From Chrysomallon squamiferum (lineage: Eukaryota; Animalia; Mollusca): 64,000 bases of DNA. A program made the position numbers and the translations under genes. The notes under the pieces were generated by a model, which ran no database searches, was not told the DNA's origin, and saw only the letters and a program-made list of their open reading frames with translations. Location: positions 15,128,001 through 15,192,000 of the forward strand of contig CM022666.1 of assembly GCA_012295275.1 (NCBI GenBank), given 5' to 3'. Positions 53,482-64,000 of this stretch are shown in pieces (position 1 is the stretch's first letter; every line of letters begins with the position of its first letter).

Positions 53482-54120
53482 GTATGTGCTGCAGTGTAAT
53501 ACTAATGTTAAATACTAGGTATGTGCTGCAGTGTAATACTAATACTAATGTTAAATACTAGGTATGTGCTGCAGTGTAATACTAATACTAATGTTAAATA
53601 CTAGGTATGTGCTGCAGTGTAATACTAATACTAATGTTAAATACTAGGTATGTGCTGCAGTGTAATACTAATACTAATGTTAAATACTAGGTATGTGCTG
53701 CAGTGTAATGCTAATACTAATGTTAAATACTAGGTATGTGCTGCAGTGTAATACTAATACTAATGTTAAATACTAGGTATGTGCTGCAGTGTAATGCTAA
53801 TACTAATGTTAAATACTAGGTATGTGCTGCAGTGTAATACTAATACTAATGTTAAATACTAGGTATGTGCTGCAGTGTAATACTAATACTACTGTTAAAT
53901 ACTAGGTATGTGCTGCAGTGTAATACTAATACTAATGTTAAATACTAGGTATGTGCTGCAGTGTAATACTAATACTACTGTTAAATACTAGGTATGTGCT
54001 GCAGTGTAATACTAATACTAATGTTAAATACTAGGTATGTTTAAGGTAATACTAATACTAATGTTAAATACTAGGTATGTGCTGCAGTGTAAAAATATTT
54101 AATGTTAAATACTAGGTATG
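53479..54120 (+). repeat. 43-bp minisatellite beginning at the TMLHE exon 4 splice donor, ~14 copies
   Basis: Unit TAGGTATGTGCTGCAGTGTAATACTAATACTAATGTTAAATAC at 53479 (37-bp first unit), 53516, 53559 and onward. Confidence 0.97.
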
Positions 54121-54429
54121 TATATATAAGTGTAATGCTAATACTAATGTTAAATGTGAAATATTCACTATAATATAATACTAATACTAATTTTAAATAA
54201 TTAGGTAAAATATTCACTATAGTGTAATACTAATGTTAATAATTAGGTACTTTCTATAGTGTAAAATAATACTAATGTTAAATACTAGGTATGTATATGC
54301 TTTCTGCAGTGAAATATTAATGTTAAATATTAGGTATGTGCTAATAAGTGTACTTTCTATAATGTAAAATATTCACTATATATGCTGCAGTGTAATACTA
54401 ATACTAATGTTAAATATTAACGGTAATTT

Positions 54430-54897
54430 AAGGTATGTACTTACATATAAGGTATTTTCTATAATGTTAAATATTTCACTTAAATATAAGGAATGTATAT
54501 AATACTAATAAGTACTATAAGGTACTTTCTATAATGTGAAATATTCACTATAATATATGTACTAATAAGATACTTTCTATAATGTAAACTATTTCACTAT
54601 AATATAAGGAATGTATATAATACTAATAAGTACTATACAGTACTAATAAGGTACTTTCTATAATGTGAAATATTCACTATAATATATGTACTAATAAGAT
54701 ACTTTCTATTATGTAAAATATACACTATAATATCAGGTATGTACTAATAAGGTACTTTCTGTAATGTAAAATATTCACTATAATATAAGGTATGTACTAA
54801 TAAGGTACTTTCTATAATGTAAAATATTCACTATAATATAAGGTATGTACTAATAAGGTACTTTCTATAATGTAAAATATTCACTATAATATAAGTT
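54430..54897 (+). repeat. 53-bp minisatellite
   Basis: Unit TAATATAAGGTATGTACTAATAAGGTACTTTCTATAATGTAAAATATTCACTA at 54781 and 54834, with variant copies upstream. Confidence 0.93.
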
Positions 54898-55670
54898 ATA
54901 ATCTGTAGCATAATTCAAGTTTTGTCCCTATGGAATCTTTTTTTTTTTTATCACCATTGAATTTAGTTGTTTGAATTGAGATGCTGAGTAAAAATAGCAC
55001 AGACACACACACACCATTTTATTTTTATTTGTTTATAATTATCAGGTTTTTCTTTGTCTGTTTCCAATGATCATTTTCCTTTTTGTGTTTTTATAGCCAT
55101 TTTTATTTTTGTTTCTTTATAAAAATCAGCTTTATTTTAATCTCTTTATAATAACCATTTTCATCTCTTTATAATAATTAATTTTTGTTTGCAATAATCA
55201 GTTCCATTGTATCCATTTATAATAAAACTTCATTCATTGGTTTGATTTCTGTGTTTGTGAACCTGAATACAGTCACACAGTTCACTGTTTATATAACTTT
55301 ATTTCTGTTTACATACCACTTGAAGCAGATTTTTAATGAGTGACAGTACAGTTGCACACACACAGAGAAAAACAACTTGTCATTCGTGTAGGTCAGCCAT
55401 ATTAGATAGACATATGTTAATTAATGTTTTTTTATGCTTTACTTTTTTGCAATACATTTTATTTCTAATAAATAATTATAAAAAATACAATCAATTTATT
55501 TTAAACATTTTTGTTTTCCTTTGTCATAAGTGAATAATTTCTTTTAATAAATAATTACAAAAAATGGCCTGATGATGTTATTTATTTATTTGTTTGTATT
55601 TATTTATTTATTTATTATTATTATTATTATTATTTTATTTATTTATTTTTATTATTTTATTTTATTTATT

Positions 55671-55729
<59 letters not shown>

Positions 55730-55732
55730 TTA

Positions 55733-55763
<31 letters not shown>

Positions 55764-55786
55764 TTCATCATCATCATCATCATCAT

Positions 55787-55817
<31 letters not shown>

Positions 55818-55828
55818 TCCAATAACAG

Positions 55829-56096
55829 ATTCAACCCATATGATATGGCACCTCTGGACACCATTCCACCAAACGAAGTAGAGCAGTTCTACGTAGACTA
55901 CAAGAAACTAACCAAACTGATCCGAGACCCACAGAACAGCTTCTGGTTCAAACTGCACCCAGGCATGCTCCTTTTAATCAACAACTGGAGGGTGTTGCAT
56001 GGAAGAGCCAGCTTCACTGGCAAGAGAGTGTTGTGTGGCTGTTACATTTCACACGATGACTGGATGAGCAAGGCTAGGCTTGCTGGCCTTGTATAA
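55829..56096 (+). CDS. TMLHE: TMLHE coding exon 5 (last)
   Basis: ACAG|(R)FNPYD...FWFKLHPGMLLLINNWRVLHGRASFTGKRVLCGCY...GLV*; distal Fe-binding His and 2-oxoglutarate-binding Arg. Total CDS 1320 nt = 439 aa. Confidence 0.95.
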
Positions 56097-58428
56097 ACAA
56101 GAAAATTAATTTTTGTTTCCTAAAGTGCTCCCAAGGTAGTATCAATAAAATGATCTAATAAAATTCTTTATACTTCCAAGTTACTGTTTTATAAAATTTT
56201 TGGGGGGATCTGTTATCATCACCCATAAACAAAGTATGAAAATAAAATAATACTGTTACAAAATATTTGACGGTTTCCAGTTTACTTCTTTGCTAATGGA
56301 GTCATGGTTTCATTACGTACATGGTAGACTGCATTTGTTTTCTGACATAAGGAAACAGTGTAATGTATCCAGTCACTGTATGATAATGCTACATATTTTG
56401 TATTTGTACTATTTTCTTTTTATACTGTTATTGAATAAGAAATAGAAATGAAATAAAATGGAATAAAATAAATTAAAATATGTATTAAAAATTCAAAATA
56501 AAACAAAAACTAACTAACTAAATAAATAAACAAATAAAACATAACTTGGAAGTATAAAGAACACATTTAAATCAATGTACTACTAACATATTCCATTAAT
56601 TTTCTGAATATTTGTTTTGTCTCTAAATTTATGAATACTGGAAGTTTCAACCTTGTGTATTGTTTTGGTTTTGGGGTTTATTTTCTGGTAAATCAATCAT
56701 GAATAAGAAAATTTATTTGTATTTTTATGTTTATGAATAATGTTAATATTTTAATTTTTAATACTAAATTAATGTCAGTATTTAAGTCACTGAATACTAA
56801 TACAATTTAAATTGTCAGTTTATTTTCTTTTTTAATAACTGAATATGTTTTGATTTTTCTTTTTAATCTTTTTATATTTAAACTGATAATTCAAAATTCA
56901 GTGCTGGTTTAAAAATGTAAAATGAAAATAAAAAGTTATAGTTTGTAACTTATTTTTGATTTTGTTTTAAAATTGTTTATAACATAAACAAAAACACATT
57001 TACTGCTTTGGTATTTTTGAGTTTCATTTCTTTCTAAACTTAACTACTTTGATCCATGAATAAACAGGAGAATTGCTCAAACTGGTATTTTTATCTTCAC
57101 AGTTTTTTATTTATTTATTTATTTATTATTATATGTTTTTTTTATTATTATCAAAATTATTTACCAGATAAATAAAAGTATTATCCAATAATAATTTATT
57201 ATTTTTCTATTATTTTAATATTTTTAATTTTTTTGGTTTTAATTTTAAATTACATTAATTTCTAAACTGGACATTGAATTTAAAGGTTTGGTTTTGATCG
57301 ATGAATAAATATCAATGTGTAAATTTTAAAAATATATACATTTTTTTTTGCTTAAAATGTATTAATATCTCTCTAACTTATCACAGGACAAACAAAATTA
57401 TTGTTTAAAATTATCAGTATTGTATACACTTGCAAGATCTTTATTACTACTGTTAGCAGTATTATTTAAACCAAATATTTCTTCATTACTTATTAATTAA
57501 ATTTATTATTACTTTTTTTAATAAAATTTTGTCATGTGTTTGTTAAAAATTATCATACTTTTTTATAATATTTCTTCATATGTTGGTAAAAAAAAAACAG
57601 ATGAAAAAAAAAAAAACAGTCATGATTTTACTAGTCAGATATAATTTCATTTCAAATCATGACATATTAAAATAATTAAAATTTATTCTTATTTAAATTT
57701 TAATTAATAAATCAGTATTAATTTGTTTCTAATTCAGTTAATCAGTTTTAAAATTATTTGCAACAGCTTTACATTTAATTAGCTTTAATAATAATTATGA
57801 AGGGCATGTGTTACTCAAATTCACAATTAAACTTGCACTCACTCCAAAATTTTCATTATAAAAGGTTATTCAAATATCAGTGTATGTACATGTATGCATT
57901 AATAAATAAGCAACTTTAATGTGATAACGAACATTTGGCATTTATATTAACTCTCTTTATAAATATTATTAATGATCATTTGGCTTTTTCATATTTGATT
58001 TATAAATATGTTTTTAATATTTGATTAACAAATAACTTTATCATGATAATAATTTTTTGGCTTTATGACATTAATTAATAAATGGCTTTATCATGATAAT
58101 TAATGATCATTTTTCTTTTTCATATTTGATTAAGAAGTAATTTATAATATTTTATCATCATGCAGCTTTCTGTGGTTAAATTATTAAATGAATTTATAAT
58201 ATTTAAAAAATGGTGGATTTGTATTTTTTACTGTTAAATGTCATTATCATAATTTAATAAATAATAGCTGTGTTATAAAAACTGGGTTTTATCATTTAAT
58301 TAATTAAGGGCTTTTTTAAAATTATTATTATGACATAAATTTGTTTGCTTGATTTCAGAATATTTTCATTTTTTTTCTCTTACTATACCTGAATTTTGTA
58401 CTTCTCAGTAATCCTTTTTTAATATTTT

Positions 58429-58463
<35 letters not shown>

Positions 58464-61336
58464 TTATGTGAAATAATTAAACTTTTCATTTCAATATTTC
58501 TTACTAATTTTATTAAGACCTTTTTGTCTATGAAAACAAAAGATAAATTCCTGGGTGCTATGAAAAATATTTGGAGATCTTAATCTTACTAGTCAATGCT
58601 AAGAATATCTAGAATATTTTTTGAAATACCTGAAAAAGTTAAAGTTTTAGAAGTATTGTAGTTTAATGTGAATTATTACAAACACACACACACACACACA
58701 AGTTGGAAATTTTGTCATATCAATTTATACTTTCTGTTTTAGAAAATTATTTTTTTCTTGCAGTTTGTCACCAAAAAAAATAAAAAAAATTAACAATTTT
58801 ATGTATATAAAATCATTAGAATTTAGTGTGTTTTTTGCACATTCTAATGTTGATAATTAATGAATTTATGTTTTATAAAATACTTAGTGTATTGATATAT
58901 AAAAGGGTGCTTTTTAGATCAGCTTATTAAGAAGGTAACAATCAAAGTCTTTCAATTATTGTTTTTATTTTTATTTTTTAATAATTACAAATTACTGTTT
59001 TATATCTATTGGTACATTCCAGTTTGGTACCTTTTCAATTTGTATCTTCAGACAATCCATGCAGTCTTAACATTTTATACAAAAGATGCATAAAATAAAT
59101 TACATATATCACCTTTATAAGTTATATATTTACACAGAATACGCATGCTTGTATATTCTGTTTCTTATAGTTTGTTTTAGTGCTTTGCCAGTGTTTAGTA
59201 TTTTTTTTTATATATACATTCATTTCTGCCACATTTGTTAAAATAATTTTTTAAAAATATAATAGAACATTTCAGTAAAATACAACATTTTTGACCTTTT
59301 TTGAAGACTGTTGGATGCATTAAAAATTTAGAAACTTTTTTATATTGTAAAATTTACCATTGTTCAAGTTTGCTATTGTTTTCAGGTTCAAAGATTTAGT
59401 TTTAAATCTTGTTTTTCTGCTTGAAAACTTGTATTCATAATGAATTATTTTTGTTGGATTGTAATTTTTATATATTTACTAATACATTATTTTGCCATAT
59501 TTGTGAAATGTAACAGAATTTTCTGAGAAATATCTTCTGGTTTGTTCTTTTTTCAAAGGTTTTTGTATTTAACTGGAGGGAATTTGTCATAGATTTTGAC
59601 AGTTTTAAAATTTTGATATTCATTTTGATCATATTAATTCTTATGAAGTGAATTAATGAATTGTCTTAAATAAATACCTGTCGTTTGATTTTTTTTTTTT
59701 TTGAAAATTTAATCACCAATACTGATTAACATGTATGCTATATTCAGTTATTGACAATGTTAAGAAGTTTTACTAATATAAATTTTTGCATCATTTATAA
59801 AATGCTATTGAATGTTTCATTAAAATTTGTTTTATAAAATGCTATGGAATGTTTCACTAATCATTGTTTCTTTCCTGTTTGAAAACTTACAACAAAAGTT
59901 ATAATTGGATGTTTGAATTGGTGGTGGTAATTTTGTTTATTTCTTTTTCATGATTTGTGGATGGATTTTTGTTTATTGTTGCAATTTTTTGGACTTTATT
60001 TAATAAACATAATTATATAAAAAAATTCCATTTAAACAGAAATAATTATTAAAATGCTGCTGTTGATGATGATGATAATAAAAATGTTATGATCACAGAC
60101 TGTGTATTGTGATTTGTTTATTCACTGAAGGAAGATATAATTTGTTTCAGGCAGAAATGTGAAAAACCCTGAGTGTACCTCAGTTAGAACTGATCCTAAA
60201 ACCTTTCATATTTCAGTGTTGCTAAAACAAGATTCAGCTGAGAATGAATGAAATTACTTTATGGGTGAATTTTGTTATTTACTCAGATATTTAATTTTTG
60301 TTCTATACTTTACAATACAATGACTAAGACAGTTACTTAATAACTATTTTAATTAAATAAAAAAATAAAAAAAAAGTTTAAAAATTACTTTTCTTTGTAA
60401 GGACTAGCTTTCTCAACATTTTAGAATGCTGATAAACATGAATAAATTAGTCTGGTTAATCTGTATTTTCTGTAGAAATAGTCAAATTGATTGTGTACAA
60501 ATAAAATTATTCAGAATATAAAGATATTTTATTGGGAGTAAATGATATGTGATAAAAGGTGAAGTAACACATACATAAACACAAACACCTGCTCACTAAA
60601 TAAGAACAAAAATATAAAAACCAAAATAAATAAATAATAATACTTGTAAGATAATTACTGCTACTATTTACTATTACTATTACCACAACCACTAATAATA
60701 ATAATAATAAGAAAATAATAAAATATTTTAAAATAATGTAACATTCACTTTAGAGTGAAGATGCACTGAAAAAAATTCAATTTAAAATAAAAACAGGAAA
60801 CAAATGTAGGTGAAAAATAACATTTATTGATGTCATGAAGTTACAAACTGACTAGTAGAAATAAACTTCACAATCTCGCCGTTTGTAAGTGTCTGGTATG
60901 TACTGTCTTGAAACAGCATCTTCAAGTGAAACTTTGGTTTAAGTAATGGACCTTCTACCTTTGCAATGGTACATATAATGTTCATTTTATAATTATTTCT
61001 GGATTTTTTTTTCTTTGGAAAAAAAAAAGAAGAAAAGGTTAAGTAATTGTTTATCAACATCATAAATATAGAGATAATTAAATAATAATAAAAATAAAAT
61101 AAAAAATAAAAAAACATCCATATCCATGAAGTAAAATTTTTCAAATTAACTAGAAAAATGTCTTCTCTATCAAATAATTTTCCTTGAATTTAGTTTCTGG
61201 GAACAAGAGAATAATGTCAAAAAACAAATCATTTGCAAACTGTACAATAATAATTTAGAGACATAACAACTATTGATATACTTTCATAATAAAAAGAAAA
61301 GAAAAAAGCATTATGTCTACATATATAAATATCAAT

Positions 61337-61409
<73 letters not shown>

Positions 61410-61626
61410 GTAAATAATAATTATAAATAAAAATCATTCTGGAGAGAAATAAAAGATTTTACCACTATGAACTGACGAAAATGAAATTTTAACCCTAGTA
61501 TACATATCCTCAAACACACCTATTCAGAACTAGTGTATTAAAGAACATTTAACATTTAAAAAAAAAAAAAACAGAAGAGAGAAGAAAGCCAGGTAGTCAC
61601 TATATAATAACAGAACTATGAACAGC

Positions 61627-61679
<53 letters not shown>

Positions 61680-62953
61680 AGGATAGAAGAAAAAAAGGGT
61701 TAAACAAAAGAAACAAAAGAGACAATGTAACGAGAAAACCCAAACATAACTGAACAAGAAATTTAAAAATACAACAAACAAAACTAGAAAATAAACTATT
61801 GAACATGCACCATAAACAAGTCATAACATCATACACATCTATACAAATGTGTTCTTAAATAAATATTTATAAAATTTACACGTGTAAACTACATTCTGTA
61901 TTTTAAGTTAATCCTAGCTGACATATTTGTCATAAAAATCTTTAAAACTTAATATTAACTAATTAATATGGCCATTAATTTATAATTTAAATATATTTTG
62001 AGATATACTCATTACAGTTTGTAAAACATATTTTAGTTTTGGGTTATATTTCGTTATATTCAGATAAAAATAATTTTGTTTTCCCAAAAAAAAAATGTAT
62101 CTATATTTCCAAAAAAAGAAATATACATATCTTAATATTCTGAAAAAACTAAATGTTTTTGTTTCTTATTCTTTTCTTTGATCCACAATTGTTTACAAAC
62201 AGAGTAAAATATAGCTATTTCAGAAATATGGTAATGTGTGTCATGTGTGTTTATACACACACACACACATATACAAACATATACATACAAGTAATAGTAA
62301 TATAATATTTGCATTGCATGTTGCATTACTAATTCTGAATGGTGAAATCACTTGATGAATATTGAAACATTTTCCATTTTACTTTGATTCTAGTTTGATT
62401 GCACATGACAAAAACTATACCAGGTTTTTTATATATATATATGTAAAACATTATATAATAATAAAGAAAAATAATAATAGGTAAATAAACAGAAAGAAAG
62501 AAATAAAGAAAGAACAAAAAATTATCGCACAGAATACATTAGAACATTCAGACAGTGTAAATTTAATTTGTCACTCAACATTTCGTAAATTTTCAAATGT
62601 GAAAATTTTTTTTTCTTTTTTCGAAGAATGACAACAATTTTTTTTTTATCAGTGCAAATGTCAGAAATCATGTACACAATAATAAAACAGTATCACAGGG
62701 TTTTGAAGGAACAAACATCTAAACAGTATCCAACATGGTACCACATGGTACAACAAGATATAACAACTACAGAGAGATACTATTTACAAACAAAAATATA
62801 AATATCCTTTGTTCCATTAACATTACTAATATTAAATAGTGCCTTTTCAATTTTATTTAAATTATTTATTTATTTTATATAATAAAAGTTTTATTCCATT
62901 CGATTAACGGGTTAAAAAATATTCATGCTTAAAAATTATGTTTTACTGACCTA

Positions 62954-63011
<58 letters not shown>

Positions 63012-64000
63012 CTTAGAATATTACATAATTAGTTTAGATAATAACATTTTAGACAAATATTGGCTTAAGAACAATCAACTATTTAAAATATATATATATA
63101 TATATCTATATAAAATTTCTGAACAAACAACAGAACATTTTTAAAACAAGGAATCATTATAAATTCATGTCGTTGTCAAATGTATTTTTTTTTTAACTAC
63201 AGATTGCAATGTTTAAACATCAGCAGTATTAAAAAATGAATAAATGAAAATAAATAACTGGTTACTAATTTTAAAATATTAAAGGTGTCAGAAACAATAT
63301 TTATTTTTACAACATGTATGTATGTATACGTAGAGATAAAGGTATTCATGATGGATGTTCAAGGAACTAAGGAATCTTGGTTGTGATAGTAATAATGCAA
63401 TGCATGATGGGTAAACCTCAAAATGGTTGTCAGAGACAGGTGACTGTCATTATAAATATCCAAAAAATTAGATTCAACTGTTCACATTTCAATATACATG
63501 TAGCTGAGTTATCAAAAATAAAAAATAAAAATTAAAAACAATTCTGGTCTTGTTAAAAGTGGCAGTAGGATACAAGGCATTTATCTGACTTAAATAAAAT
63601 TTTGCTCACATTTAACATTTTCATAATACATGAACTAGATTTCTCACTGTGGATACACGTAATGCATTCTTGATACATTCTGACCTGCATTCATTAACAG
63701 AAATAAATAAAAATAACCACTAAATTTATATTTCTAATTTCATATATACATAATAAATGACCTTGTACATACTAATTTAATCTGGAGTGTCATCAACAAA
63801 AAGATATAAGCTAATACATATACCTGATTTTTAATTCTCAAATGCTACGTCACTGAAAATATATGTAAAGTGTACATTTGATGATAGTTAAAGTTAAAAA
63901 ATGTTATAAATGGCTTTCTAGATACAGATTCTATATATTTTTGTTATTCCAAATACCTTATAATGGCTTTCTAGATACTTGTTCAGTATCATATACCAAT

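Noticed and set aside
53479-54120. The 43-bp minisatellite starts with TAGGTATGTGC, identical to the first 11 bp of the transposon right TIR (reverse complement)
   Set aside because: Adequately explained by the splice-donor consensus AG|GTATGT of the TMLHE exon; no further similarity or TSD.
60150-60265. Exon-like segment TTTCAG...GG|GTGAAT
   Set aside because: Stop codons interrupt the frames I translated and there is no recognisable protein motif.

Overview
AT-rich, microsatellite-dense eukaryotic (animal, probably gastropod mollusc; inference) genomic DNA. Almost all ORFs in the supplied track are simple-repeat noise. I could reconstruct by hand two complete spliced genes arranged head-to-head: a 7-exon TSPAN6/7-type tetraspanin on the minus strand (ATG 42281 to stop 27793, 260 aa) and a trimethyllysine dioxygenase (TMLHE) with 5 coding exons on the plus strand (ATG 49511 to stop 56096, 439 aa). 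Tetraspanin intron 1 holds a full-length 7.7-kb DNA transposon (34350-42066) with TAGGTATGTG terminal inverted repeats and a perfect 7-bp target-site duplication (CTGATGT), consistent with hATw. It encodes a ~957-aa DDE transposase broken by a single 1-nt homopolymer frameshift. The transposase ends in what looks like a Spindlin-type Tudor (methyl-histone reader) domain, and the element sits ~215 bp from the start codon next to the likely shared promoter. Local duplications of splice junctions recur in both host genes. The first 27 kb and last 8 kb show no coding exon that I can support, only tandem repeats and candidate regulatory motif clusters.
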